Of a stretch of 45,910 nucleotides of DNA, positions 9,775-24,700 are shown piece after piece (the first letter of the stretch is position 1; each line of letters starts with the position of its first letter). The position numbers and the translations under genes were made by a program. The notes under the pieces are model-generated. The model searched no databases and was not told the origin of the DNA. It saw nothing but the letters and a program-made list of their open reading frames with translations. This DNA comes from Nemertoderma westbladi (taxonomy: Eukaryota; Animalia; Xenacoelomorpha): contig JAUCBJ010003178.1 of NCBI GenBank assembly GCA_032718475.1, positions 1 to 45,910 on the forward strand, written 5' to 3'.

Positions 9775-12700
9775 GTAGGTTGAGTGGACAAGGGGAACGG
9801 ATCAATCCAAAAGATAGGTAGGTTGAGTGGACAAGGGGAACGGATCAATCCAAAAGATAGGTAGGTTGAGAGGACAAGGGGAACGGATCAATCCAACAGA
9901 TAGGTAGGTTGAGTGGACAAGGGGAACGGATCAATCCAAAAGATAGGTAGGTTGAGTGGACAAGGGGAACGGATCAATCCAAAAGATAGGTAGGTTGACA
10001 GGACAATGGGAACGGATCAATCCAAAAGATAGGTAGGTTGAGTGGACATGGGGAACGGATCAATCCAAAAGATAGGTAGGTTGACAGGACAAGGGGAACG
10101 GATCAATCCTAAAGATAGGTAGGTTGAGTGGACAAGGGGAACGGATCAATCCAAAAGATAGGTAGGTTGAGTGGACAAGGGGAACGGATCAATCCAAAAG
10201 ATAGGTAGGTTGAGAGGACAAGGGGAACGGATCAATCCAAAAGATAGGTAGGTTGACAGGACAAGGGGAACGGATCAATCCTAAAGATAGGTAGGTTGAG
10301 TGGACAAGGGGAACGGATCAATCCAAAAGATAGGTAGGTTGAGTGGACAAGGGGAACGGATCAATCCAAAAGATAGGTAGGTTGAGAGGACAAGGGGAAC
10401 GGATCAATCCAAAAGATAGGTAGGTTGAGTGGACAAGGGGAACGGATCAATCCAAAAGATAGGTAGGTTGACAGGACAAGGGGAACGGATCAATCCAAAA
10501 GATAGGTAGGTTGAGTGGACAAGGGGAACGGATCAATCCAAAAGATAGGTAGGTTGACAGGACAAGGGGAACGGATCAATCCAAAAGATAGGTAGGTTGA
10601 GTGGACAAGGGGAACGGATCAATCCTAAAGATAGGTAGGTTGACAGGACAAGGGGAACGGATCAATCCAAAAGATAGGTAGGTTGAGAGGACAAGGGGAA
10701 CGGATCAATCCAAAAGATAGGTAGGTTGAGTGGACAAGGGGAACGGATCAGTCCAAAAGATAGGTAGGTTGAGTGGACAAGGGGAACGGATCAATCCAAA
10801 AGATAGGTAGGTTGAGTGGACAAGGGGAACGGATCAATCCAAAAGATAGGTAGGTTGACAGGACAAGGGGAACGGATCAATCCTAAAGATAGGTAGGTTG
10901 ACAGGACAAGGGGAACGGATCAATCCAAAAGATAGGTAGGTTGAGAGGACAAGGGGAACGGATCAATCCAAAAGATAGGTAGGTTGAGTGGACAAGGGGA
11001 ACGGATCAATCCAAAAGATAGGTAGGTTGACAGGACAAGGGGAACGGATCAATCCTAAAGATAGGTAGGTTGACAGGACAAGGGGAACGGATCAATCCAA
11101 AAGATAGGTAGGTTGAGTGGACAAGGGGAACGGATCAATCCAAAAGATAGGTAGGTTGAGTGGACAAGGGGAACGGATCAATCCAAAAGATAGGTAGGTT
11201 GACAGGACAAGGGGAACGGATCAATCCAAAAGATAGGTAGGTTGAGTGGACAAGGGGAACGGATCAATCCAAAAGATAGGTAGGTTGACAGGACAAGGGG
11301 AACGGATCAATCCAAAAGATAGGAAGGTTGAGAGGACAAGGGGAACGGATCAATCCAAAAGATAGGTAGGTTGACAGGACAAGGGGAACGGATCAATCCA
11401 AAAGATAGGTAGGTTGACAGGACAAGGGGAACGGATCAATCCAAAAGATAGGTAGGTTGAGAGGACATGGGGAACGGATCAATCCAAAAGATAGGTAGGT
11501 TGAGTGGACAAGGGGAACGGATCAATCCAAAAGATAGGTAGGTTGACAGGACAAGGGGAACGGATCAATCCAAAAGATAGGTAGGTTGAGAGGACAAGGG
11601 GAACGGATCAATCCAAAAGATAGGTAGGTTGAGAGGACAAGGGGAACGGATCAATCCAAAAGATAGGTAGGTTGAGTGGACAAGGGGAACGGATCAATCC
11701 AAAAGATAGGTAGGTTGAGTGGACAAGGGGAACGGATCAATCCTAAAGATAGGTAGGTTGAGTGGACAAGGGGAACGGATCAATCCAAAAGATAGGTAGG
11801 TTGAGTGGACAAGGGGAACGGATCAATCCAAAAGATAGGTAGGTTGAGTGGACAAGGGGAACGGATCAATCCAAAAGATAGGTAGGTTGAGTTGACAAGG
11901 GGAACGGATCAATCCAAAAGATAGGTAGGTTGAGTGGACAAGGGGAACGGATCAATCCAAAAGATAGGTAGGTTGAGTGGACAAGGGGAACGGATCAATC
12001 CAAAAGATAGGTAGGTTGAGTGGACAAGGGGAACGGATCAATCCTAAAGATAGGTAGGTTGAGTGGACATGGGGAACGGATCAATCCAAAAGATAGGTAG
12101 GTTGAGTGGACAAGGGGAACGGATCAATCCAAAAGATAGGTAGGTTGAGTTGACAAGGGGAACGGATCAATCCAAAAGATAGGTAGGTTGACAGGACAAG
12201 GGGAACGGATCAATCCTAAAGATAGGTAGGTTGAGAGGACAAGGGGAACGGATCAATCCTAAAGATAGGTAGGTTGAGAGGACATGGGGAACGGATCAAT
12301 CCAAAAGATAGGTAGGTTGAGTGGACAAGGGGAACGGATCAATCCAAAAGATAGGTAGGTTGAGTTGACAAGGGGAACGGATCAATCCAAAAGATAGGTA
12401 GGTTGAGTTGACAAGGGGACCGGATCAATCCAAAAGATAGGTAGGTTGAGTGGACAAGGGGAACGGATCAATCCTAAAGATAGGTAGGTTGAGTTGACAA
12501 GGGGAACGGATCAATCCAAAAGATAGGTAGGTTGAGTTGACAAGGGGAACGGATCAATCCAAAAGATAGGTAGGTTGACAGGACAAGGGGAACGGATCAA
12601 TCCTAAAGATAGGTAGGTTGAGAGGACAAGGGGAACGGATCAATCCTAAAGATAGGTAGGTTGAGAGGACAAGGGGAACGGATCAATCCTAAAGATAGGT

Positions 12701-15700
12701 AGGTTGACAGGACAAGGGGAACGGATCAATCCTAAAGATAGGTAGGTTGAGAGGACAAGGGGACCGGATTAATCCTAAAGATAGGTAGGTTGAGTGGACA
12801 AGGGGAACGGATCAATCCAAAAGATAGGTAGGTTGACAGGACAAGGGGAACGGATCAATCCAAAAGATAGGTAGGTTGACAGGACAAGGGGAACGGATCA
12901 ATCCTAAAGATAGGTAGGTTGAGAGGACAAGGGGAACGGATCAATCCTAAAGATAGGTAGGTTGACAGGACAAGGGGAACGGATCAATCCAAAAGATAGG
13001 TAGGTTGAGTGGACAAGGGGAACGGATCAATCCAAGAACGGATCAATCCAAAAGATAGGTAGGTTGACAGGACAAGGGGAACGGATCAATCCAAAAGATA
13101 GGTAGGTTGAGTGGACAAGGGGAACGGATCAATCCAAGAACGGATCAATCCAAAAGATAGGTAGGTTGACAGGACAAGGGGAACGGATCAATCCTAAAGA
13201 TAGGTAGGTTGACAGGACAAGGGGAACGGATCAATCCAAAAGATAGGTAGGTTGAATGGACAAGGGGAACGGATCAATCCAAGAACGGATCAATCCAAAA
13301 GATAGGTAGGTTGACAGGACAAGGGGAACGGATCAATCCTAAAGATAGGTAGGTTGACAGGACAAGGGGAACGGATCAATCCAAAAGATAGGTAGGTTGA
13401 GTGGACAAGGGGAACGGATCAATCCAAGAACGGATCAATCCAAAAGATAGGTAGGTTGAGTTGACAAGGGGAACGGATCAATCCAAAAGATAGGTAGGTT
13501 GAGTGGACAAGGGGAACGGATCAATCCAAAAGATAGGTAGGTTGACAGGACAAGGGGAACGGATCAATCCAAAAGATAGGTAGGTTGAGTGGACAAGGGG
13601 AACGGATCAATCCAAAAGATAGGTAGGTTGAGTGGACAAGGGGAACGGATCAATCCAAAAGATAGGTAGGTTGAGTGGACAAGGGGAACGGATCAATCCA
13701 AAAGATAGGTAGGTTGAGTGGACAAGGGGAACGGATCAATCCAAAAGATAGGTAGGTTGACAGGACAAGGGGAACGGATCAATCCAACAGATAGGTAGGT
13801 TGAGTGGACAAGGGGAACGGATCAATCCAAAAGATAGGTAGGTTGAGTGGACAAGGGGAACGGATCAATCCTAAAGATAGGTAGGTTGACAGGACAAGGG
13901 GAACGGATCAATCCTAAAGATAGGTAGGTTGAGTTGACAAGGGGAACGGATCAATCCAAAAGATAGGTAGGTTGAGTGGACAAGGGGAACGGATCAATCC
14001 AAAAGATAGGTAGGTTGAGTGGACAAGGGGAACGGATCAATCCAAAAGATAGGTAGGTTGACAGGACAAGGGGAACGGATCAATCCAAAAGATAGGTAGG
14101 TTGAGTGGACAAGGGGAACGGATCAATCCAAAAGATAGGTAGGTTGAGTGGACAAGGGGAACGGATCAATCCTAAAGATAGGTAGGTTGACAGGACAAGG
14201 GGAACGGATCAATCCTAAAGATAGGTAGGTTGACAGGACAAGGGGAACGGATCAATCCAAAAGATAGGTAGGTTGACAGGACAAGGGGAACGGATCAATC
14301 CAAAAGATAGGTAGGTTGAGTGGACAAGGGGAACGGATCAATCCAAAAGATAGGTAGGTTGAGTGGACAAGGGGAACGGATCAATCCTAAAGATAGGTAG
14401 GTTGACAGGACAAGGGGAACGGATCAATCCAAAAGATAGGTAGGTTGAGTGGACAAGGGGAACGGATCAATCCAAAAGATAGGTAGGTTGAGTGGACAAG
14501 GGGAACGGATCAATCCTAAAGATAGGTAGGTTGACAGGACAAGGGGAACGGATCAATCCTAAAGATAGGTAGGTTGACAGGACAAGGGGAACGGATCAAT
14601 CCAAAAGATAGGTAGGTTGAGTGGACAAGGGGAACGGATCAATCCAAAAGATAGGTAGGTTGAGTGGACAAGGGGAACGGATCAATCCAAAAGATAGGTA
14701 GGTTGAGAGGACAAGGGGAACGGATCAATCCAAAAGATAGGTAGGTTGACAGGACAAGGGGAACGGATCAATCCAAAAGATTGGTAGGTTGAGTGGACAA
14801 GGGGAACGGATCAATCCAAAAGATAGGTAGGTTGAGTGGACAAGGGGAACGGATCAATCCTAAAGATAGGTAGGTTGACAGGACAAGGGGAACGGATCAA
14901 TCCAAAAGATAGGTAGGTTGAGTGGACAAGGGGAACGGATCAATCCAAAAGATAGGTAGGTTGAGTGGACAAGGGGAACGGATCAATCCTAAAGATAGGT
15001 AGGTTGACAGGACAAGGGGAACGGATCAATCCTAAAGATAGGTAGGTTGACAGGACAAGGGGAACGGATCAATCCAAAAGATAGGTAGGTTGAGTGGACA
15101 AGGGGAACGGATCAATCCAAAAGATAGGTAGGTTGAGTGGACAAGGGGAACGGATCAATCCAAAAGATAGGTAGGTTGAGAGGACAAGGGGAACGGATCA
15201 ATCCAAAAGATAGGTAGGTTGACAGGACAAGGGGAACGGATCAATCCTAAAGATAGGTAGGTTGAGTGGACAAGGGGAACGGATCAATCCTAAAGATAGG
15301 TAGGTTGAGTTGACAAGGGGAACGGATCAATCCAAAAGATAGGTAGGTTGAGAGGACAAGGGGAACGGATCAATCCAAAAGATAGGTAGGTTGAGTGGAC
15401 AAGGGGAACGGATCAATCCAAAAGATAGGTAGGTTGAGTGGACAAGGGGAACGGATCAATCCAAAAGATAGGTAGGTTGAGTGGACAAGGGGAACGGATC
15501 AATCCAAAAGATAGGTAGGTTGAGAGGACAAGGGGAACGGATCAATCCAAAAGATAGGTAGGTTGACAGGACAAGGGGAACGGATCAATCCTAAAGATAG
15601 GTAGGTTGAGTGGACAAGGGGAACGGATCAATCCAAAAGATAGGTAGGTTGAGTGGACAAGGGGAACGGATCAATCCAAAAGATAGGTAGGTTGAGTGGA

Positions 15701-18700
15701 CAAGGGGAACGGATCAATCCAAAAGATAGGTAGGTTGAGTTGACAAGGGGAACGGATCAATCCAAAAGATAGGTAGGTTGAGAGGACAAGGGGAACGGAT
15801 CAATCCAAAAGATAGGTAGGTTGAGTGGACAAGGGGAACGGATCAATCCAAAAGATAGGTAGGTTGAGTGGACAAGGGGAACGGATCAATCCTAAAGATA
15901 GGTAGGTTGAGTGGACAAGGGGAACGGATCAATCCAAAAGATAGGTAGGTTGAGTGGACAAGGGGAACGGATCAATCCTAAAGATAGGTAGGTTGAGTGG
16001 ACAAGGGGAACGGATCAATCCAAAAGATAGGTAGGTTGAGTGGACAAGGGGAACGGATCAATCCAAAAGATAGGTAGGTTGAGTTGACAAGGGGAACGGA
16101 TCAATCCAAAAGATAGGTAGGTTGAGTGGACAAGGGGAACGGATCAATCCTAAAGATAGGTAGGTTGAGTTGACAATGGGAACGGATCAATCCAAAAGAT
16201 AGGTAGGTTGAGAGGACAAGGGGAACGGATCAATCCAAAAGATAGGTAGGTTGAGTGGACAAGGGGAACGGATCAATCCAAAAGATAGGTAGGTTGAGTG
16301 GACAAGGGGAACGGATCAATCCTAAAGATAGGTAGGTTGAGTGGACAAGGGGAACGGATCAATCCAAAAGATAGGTAGGTTGAGTGGACAAGGGGAACGG
16401 ATCAATCCAAAAGATAGGTAGGTTGAGTTGACAAGGGGAACGGATCAATCCTAAAGATAGGTAGGTTGAGTGGACAAGGGGAACGGATCAATCCAAAAGA
16501 TAGGTAGGTTGAGTGGACAAGGGGAACGGATCAATCCAAAAGATAGGTAGGTTGAGTTGACAATGGGAACGGATCAATCCAAAAGATAGGTAGGTTGAGT
16601 GGACAAGGGGAACGGATCAATCCAAAAGATAGGTAGGTTGAGTTGACAATGGGAACGGATCAATCCAAAAGATAGGTAGGTTGAGTGGACAAGGGGAACG
16701 GATCAATCCAAAAGATAGGTAGGTTGAGTGGACAAGGGGAACGGATCAATCCTAAAGATAGGTAGGTTGAGTTGACAATGGGAACGGATCAATCCAAAAG
16801 ATAGGTAGGTTGAGAGGACAAGGGGAACGGATCAATCCAAAAGATAGGTAGGTTGAGTGGACAAGGGGAACGGATCAATCCAAAAGATAGGTAGGTTGAG
16901 TGGACAAGGGGAACGGATCAATCCTAAAGATAGGTAGGTTGAGTGGACAAGGGGAACGGATCAATCCAAAAGATAGGTAGGTTGAGTGGACAAGGGGAAC
17001 GGATCAATCCAAAAGATAGGTAGGTTGAGTTGACAAGGGGAACGGATCAATCCTAAAGATAGGTAGGTTGAGTGGACAAGGGGAACGGATCAATCCAAAA
17101 GATAGGTAGGTTGAGTGGACAAGGGGAACGGATCAATCCAAAAGATAGGTAGGTTGAGTTGACAATGGGAACGGATCAATCCAAAAGATAGGTAGGTTGA
17201 GTGGACAAGGGGAACGGATCAATCCTAAAGATAGGTAGGTTGAGTGGACAAGGGGAACGGATCAATCCAAAAGATAGGTAGGTTGAGTGGACAAGGGGGA
17301 CGGATCAATCCAAAAGATAGGTAGGTTGAGTGGACAAGGGGAACGGATCAATCCAAAAGATAGGTAGGTTGACAGGACAAGGGGAACGGATCAATCCAAA
17401 AGATAGGTAGGTTGAGTGGACAAGGGGAACGGATCAATCCAAAAGATAGGTAGGTTGACAGGACAAGGGGAACGGATCAATCCAAAAGATAGGTAGGTTG
17501 AGTGGACAAGGGGAACTGATCAATCCAAAAGATAGGTAGGTTGAGTTGACAAGGGGAACGGATCAATCCAAAAGATAGGTAGGTTGACAGGACAAGGGGA
17601 ACGGATCAATCCAAAAGATAGGTAGGTTGAGTGGACAAGGGGAACGGATCAATCCAAAAGATAGGTAGGTTGAGTTGACAATGGGAACGGATCAATCCAA
17701 AAGATAGGTAGGTTGAGTTGACAAGGGGAACGGATCAATCCAAGAACGGATCAATCCAAAAGATAGGTAGGTTGACAGGACAAGGGGAACGGATCAATCC
17801 AAAAGATAGGTAGGTTGAGTGGACAAGGGGAACGGATCAATCCAAGAACGGATCAATCCAAAAGATAGGTAGGTTGACAGGACAAGGGGAACGGATCAAT
17901 CCTAAAGATAGGTAGGTTGAGAGGACAAGGGGAACGGATCAATCCTAAAGATAGGTAGGTTGAGAGGACAAGGGGAACGGATCAATCCAAAAGATAGGTA
18001 GGTTGAGAGGACAAGGGGAACGGATCAATCCAAAAGATAGGTAGGTTGACAGGACAAGGGGAACGGATCAATCCTAAAGATAGGTAGGTTGAGAGGACAA
18101 GGGGAACGGATCAATCCAAAAGATAGGTAGGTTGACAGGACAAGGGGAACGGATCAATCCTAAAGATAGGTAGGTTGAGTTGACAATGGGAACGGATCAA
18201 TCCAAAAGATAGGTAGGTTGAGAGGACAAGGGGAACGGATCAATCCTAAAGATAGGTAGGTTGACAGGACAAGGGGAACGGATCAATCCTAAAGATAGGT
18301 AGGTTGAGTGGACAAGGGGAACGGATCAATCCTAAAGATAGGTAGGTTGAGTGGACAAGGGGAACGGATCAATCCAAAAGATAGGTAGGTTGAGTTGACA
18401 ATGGGAACGGATCAATCCAAAAGATAGGTAGGTTGAGTGGACAAGGGGAACGGATCAATCCTAAAGATAGGTAGGTTGAGTGGACAAGGGGAACGGATCA
18501 ATCCAAAAGATAGGTAGGTTGAGTGGACAAGGGGGACGGATCAATCCAAAAGATAGGTAGGTTGAGTGGACAAGGGGAACGGATCAATCCAAAAGATAGG
18601 TAGGTTGACAGGACAAGGGGAACGGATCAATCCAAAAGATAGGTAGGTTGAGTGGACAAGGGGAACGGATCAATCCAAAAGATAGGTAGGTTGACAGGAC

Positions 18701-21700
18701 AAGGGGAACGGATCAATCCAAAAGATAGGTAGGTTGAGTGGACAAGGGGAACTGATCAATCCAAAAGATAGGTAGGTTGAGTTGACAAGGGGAACGGATC
18801 AATCCAAAAGATAGGTAGGTTGACAGGACAAGGGGAACGGATCAATCCAAAAGATAGGTAGGTTGAGTGGACAAGGGGAACGGATCAATCCAAAAGATAG
18901 GTAGGTTGAGTTGACAATGGGAACGGATCAATCCAAAAGATAGGTAGGTTGAGTTGACAAGGGGAACGGATCAATCCAAGAACGGATCAATCCAAAAGAT
19001 AGGTAGGTTGACAGGACAAGGGGAACGGATCAATCCAAAAGATAGGTAGGTTGAGTGGACAAGGGGAACGGATCAATCCAAGAACGGATCAATCCAAAAG
19101 ATAGGTAGGTTGACAGGACAAGGGGAACGGATCAATCCTAAAGATAGGTAGGTTGAGAGGACAAGGGGAACGGATCAATCCTAAAGATAGGTAGGTTGAG
19201 AGGACAAGGGGAACGGATCAATCCAAAAGATAGGTAGGTTGAGAGGACAAGGGGAACGGATCAATCCAAAAGATAGGTAGGTTGACAGGACAAGGGGAAC
19301 GGATCAATCCTAAAGATAGGTAGGTTGAGAGGACAAGGGGAACGGATCAATCCAAAAGATAGGTAGGTTGACAGGACAAGGGGAACGGATCAATCCTAAA
19401 GATAGGTAGGTTGAGTTGACAATGGGAACGGATCAATCCAAAAGATAGGTAGGTTGAGAGGACAAGGGGAACGGATCAATCCTAAAGATAGGTAGGTTGA
19501 CAGGACAAGGGGAACGGATCAATCCTAAAGATAGGTAGGTTGAGTGGACAAGGGGAACGGATCAATCCTAAAGATAGGTAGGTTGAGTGGACAAGGGGAA
19601 CGGATCAATCCAAAAGATAGGTAGGTTGAGTGGACAAGGGGAACGGATCAATCCAAAAGATAGGTAGGTTGAGTTGACAAGGGGAACGGATCAATCCAAA
19701 AGATAGGTAGGTTGAGTGGACAAGGGGAACGGATCAATCCTAAAGATAGGTAGGTTGAGTTGACAATGGGAACGGATCAATCCAAAAGATAGGTAGGTTG
19801 AGAGGACAAGGGGAACGGATCAATCCTAAAGATAGGTAGGTTGACAGGACAAGGGGAACGGATCAATCCTAAAGATAGGTAGGTTGAGAGGACAAGGGGA
19901 ACGGATCAATCCTAAAGATAGGTAGGTTGAGAGGACAAGGGGAACGGATCAATCCAAAAGATAGGTAGGTTGAGAGGACAAGGGGAACGGATCAATCCAA
20001 AAGATAGGTAGGTTGACAGGACAAGGGGAACGGATCAATCCTAAAGATAGGTAGGTTGAGAGGACAAGGGGAACGGATCAATCCTAAAGATAGGTAGGTT
20101 GACAGGACAAGGGGAACGGATCAATCCAAAAGATAGGTAGGTTGAGTGGACAAGGGGACCGGATCAATCCAATTGATAGGTAGGTTGAGTGGACAAGGGG
20201 AACGGATCAATCCAAAAGATAGGTAGGTTGACAGGACAAGGGGAACGGATCAATCCTAAAGATAGGTAGGTTGAGAGGACAAGGGGAACGGATCAATCCT
20301 AAAGATAGGTAGGTTGACAGGACAAGGGGAACGGATCAATCTAAAAGATAGGTAGGTTGAGTGGACAAGGGGACCGGATCAATCCAATTGATAGGTAGGT
20401 TGAGAGGACAAGGGGAACGTATCAATCCAAAAGATAGGTAGGTTGAGAGGACAAGGGGAACGGATCAATCCTAAAGATAGGTAGGTTGTCAGGACAAGGG
20501 GAACGGATCAATCCTAAAGATAAGTAGGTTGAGAGGACAAGGGGAACGGATCAATCCAATTGATAGGTAGGTTGAGAGGACAAGGGGAACGGATCAATCC
20601 AATTGATAGGTAGGTTGAGAGGACAAGGGGAACGGATCAATCCAAAAGATAGGTAGGTTGAGAGGACAAGGGGAACGGATCAATCCTAAAGATAGGTAGG
20701 TTGTCAGGACAAGGGGAACGGATCAATCCAATTGATAGGTAGGTTGAGAGGACAAGGGGAACGGATCAATCCAAAAGATAGGTAGGTTGAGAGGACAAGG
20801 GGAACGGATCAATCCTAAAGATAGGTAGGTTGTCAGGACAAGGGGAACGGATCAATCCTAAAGATAGGTAGGTTGAGAGGACAAGGGGAACGGATCAATC
20901 CAAAAGATAGGTAGGTTGAGAGGACAAGGGGAACGGATCAATCCTAAAGAAAGGTAGGTTGTCAGGACAAGGGGAACGGATCAATCCTAAAGATAGGTAG
21001 GTTGTCAGGACAAGGGGAACGGATCAATCCTAAAGATAGGTAGGTTGAGAGGACAAGGGGAACGGATCAATCCAAAAGATAGGTAGGTTGAGTGGACAAG
21101 GGGAACGAATCAATCCTAAAGATAGGTAGGTTGAGTTGACAAGGGGAACGGATCAATCCAAAAGATAGGTAGGTTGAGTGGACAAGGGGAACGGATCAAT
21201 CCAAAAGATAGGTAGGTTGAGTGGACAAGGGGAATGGATCAATCCAAAAGATAGGTAGGTTGAGAGGACAAGGGGAACGGATCAATCCTAAAGATAGGTA
21301 GGTTGAGAGGACAAGGGGAGCGGATCAATCCAAAAGATAGGTAGGTTGACAGGACAAGGGGAACGGATCAATCCAAAAGATAGGTAGGTTGAGTGGACAA
21401 GGGGACCGGATAAATCCAATTGATAGGTAGGTTGAGAGGACAAGGGGAACGGATCAATCCTAAAGATAGGTAGGTTGACAGGACAAGGGGACCGGATCAA
21501 TCCAAAAGATAGGTAGGTTGAGAGGACAAGGGGAACGGATCAATCCTAAAGATAGGTAGGTTGAGAGGACAAGGGGAACGGATCAATCCAAAAGATAGGT
21601 AGGTTGACAGGACAAGGGGAACGGATCAATCCAAAAGATAGGTAGGTTGAGAGGACAAGGGGAACGGATCAATCCTAAAGATAGGTAGGTTGAGAGGACA

Positions 21701-24700
21701 AGGGGAACGGATCAATCCAAAAGATAGGTAGGTTGACAGGACAAGGGGAACGGATCAATCCAAAAGATAGGTAGGTTGAGTGGACAAGGGGACCGGATCA
21801 ATCCAATTGATAGGTAGGTTGAGAGGACAAGGGGAACGGATCAATCCAAAAGATAGGTAGGTTGAGAGGACAAGGGGAACGGATCAATCCTAAAGATAGG
21901 TAGGTTGAGAGGACAAGGGGAACGGATCAATCCAAAAGATAGGTAGGTTGAGAGGACAAGGGGAACGGATCAATCCAAAAGATAGGTAGGTTGACAAGAC
22001 AAGGGGAACGGATCAATCCAAAAGATAGGTAGGTTGACAGGACAAGGGGAACGGATCAATCCAAAAGATAGGTAGGTTGAGTGGACAAGGGGACCGGATC
22101 AATCCAATTGATAGGTAGGTTGAGAGGACAAGGGGAACGGATCAATCCAAAAGATAGGTAGGTTGAGTGGACAAGGGGACCGGATCAATCCAATTGATAG
22201 GTAGGTTGAGAGGACAAGGGGAACGGATCAATCCTAAAGATAGGTAGGTTGAGAGGACAAGGGGAACGGATCAATCCTAAAGATAGGTAGGTTGAGAGGA
22301 CAAGGGGAACGGATCAATCCAAAAGATAGGTAGGTTGAGTTGACAAGGGGAACGGATCAATCCTAAAGATAGGTAGGTTGAGTGGACAAGGGGAACGGAT
22401 CAATCCAAAAGATAGGTAGGTTGAGTGGACAAGGGGAACGGATCAATCCAAAAGATAGGTAGGTTGAGTTGACAATGGGAACGGATCAATCCAAAAGATA
22501 GGTAGGTTGAGTGGACAAGGGGAACGGATCAATCCTAAAGATAGGTAGGTTGAGTGGACAAGGGGAACGGATCAATCCAAAAGATAGGTAGGTTGAGTGG
22601 ACAAGGGGAACGGATCAATCCAAAAGATAGGTAGGTTGACAGGACAAGGGGAACGGATCAATCCAAAAGATAGGTAGGTTGAGTGGACAAGGGGAACGGA
22701 TCAATCCAAAAGATAGGTAGGTTGAGTGGACAAGGGGAACGGATCAATCCAAAAGATAGGTAGGTTGACAGGACAAGGGGAACGGATCAATCCAAAAGAT
22801 AGGTAGGTTGACAGGACAAGGGGAACGGATCAATCCAAAAGATAGGTAGGTTGAGTGGACAAGGGGAACGGATCAATCCAAAAGATAGGTAGGTTGACAG
22901 GACAAGGGGAACGGATCAATCCAAAAGATAGGTAGGTTGAGTGGACAAGGGGAACGGATCTATCCAAAAGATAGGTAGGTTGACAGGACAAGGGGACCGG
23001 ATCAATCCAAAAGATAGGTAGGTTGAGTGGACAAGGGGAACGGATCAATCCAAAAGATAGGTAGGTTGACAGGACAAGGGGAACGGATCAATCCAAAAGA
23101 TAGGTAGGTTGAGTGGACAAGGGGAACGGATCTATCCAAAAGATAGGTAGGTTGACAGGACAAGGGGACCGGATCAATCCAAAAGATAGGTAGGTTGAGT
23201 TGACAAGGGGAACGGATCAATCCAAAAGATAGGTAGGTTGAGTGGACAAGGGGAACGGATCAATCCTAAAGATAGGTAGGTTGAGTGGACAAGGGGAACG
23301 GATCAATCCAAAAGATAGGTAGGTTGAGTGGACAAGGGGAACGGATCAATCCAAAAGATAGGTAGGTTGAGTTGACAAGGGGAACGGATCAATCCAAAAG
23401 ATAGGTAGGTTGAGTGGACAAGGGGAACGGATCAATCCTAAAGATAGGTAGGTTGAGTTGACAATGGGAACGGATCAATCCAAAAGATAGGTAGGTTGAG
23501 AGGACAAGGGGAACGGATCAATCCTAAAGATAGGTAGGTTGACAGGACAAGGGGAACGGATCAATCCTAAAGATAGGTAGTTTGACAGGACAAGGGGAAC
23601 GGATCAATCCAAAAGATAGGTAGGTTGAGTTGACAAGGGGAACGGATCAATCCAAAAGATAGGTAGGTTGAGTGGACAAGGGGAACGGATCAATCCAAAA
23701 GATAGGTAGGTTGAGTGGACAAGGGGAACGGATCAATCCAAAAGATAGGTAGGTTGAGAGGACAAGGGGAACGGATCAATCCAAAAGATAGGTAGGTTGA
23801 CAGGACAAGGGGAACGGATCAATCCTAAAGATAGGTAGGTTGAGAGGACAAGGGGAACGGATCAATCCAAAAGATAGGTAGGTTGACAGGACAAGGGGAA
23901 CGGATCAATCCTAAAGATAGGTAGGTTGAGTTGACAATGGGAACGGATCAATCCAAAAGATAGGTAGGTTGAGAGGACAAGGGGAACGGATCAATCCTAA
24001 AGATAGGTAGGTTGAGAGGACAAGGGGAACGGATCAATCCAAAAGATAGGTAGGTTGAGAGGACAAGGGGAACGGATCAATCCAAAAGATAGGTAGGTTG
24101 ACAGGACAAGGGGAACGGATCAATCCAAAAGATAGGTAGGTTGACAGGACAAGGGGAACGGATCAATCCTAAAGATAGGTAGGTTGAGAGGACAAGGGGA
24201 ACGGATCAATCCTAAAGATAGGTAGGTTGAGAGGACAAGGGGAACGGATCAATCCAAAAGATAGGTAGGTTGAGAGGACAAGGGGAACGGATCAATCCAA
24301 AAGATAGGTAGGTTGACAGGACAAGGGGAACGGATCAATCCTAAAGATAGGTAGGTTGAGAGGACAAGGGGAACGGATCAATCCAAAAGATAGGTAGGTT
24401 GACAGGACAAGGGGAACGGATCAATCCTAAAGATAGGTAGGTTGAGTTGACAATGGGAACGGATCAATCCAAAAGATAGGTAGGTTGAGAGGACAAGGGG
24501 AACGGATCAATCCTAAAGATAGGTAGGTTGACAGGACAAGGGGAACGGATCAATCCTAAAGATAGGTAGGTTGAGTGGACAAGGGGAACGGATCAATCCT
24601 AAAGATAGGTAGGTTGAGTGGACAAGGGGGACGGATCAATCCAAAAGATAGGTAGGTTGAGTGGACAAGGGGAACGGATCAATCCAAAAGATAGGTAGGT

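Noticed and set aside
9741-9783. Satellite-encoded hammerhead ribozyme
   Set aside because: There is no CUGANGA/GAAA core in the 43-bp unit on either strand, only a 4-bp GGAT/ATCC stem.
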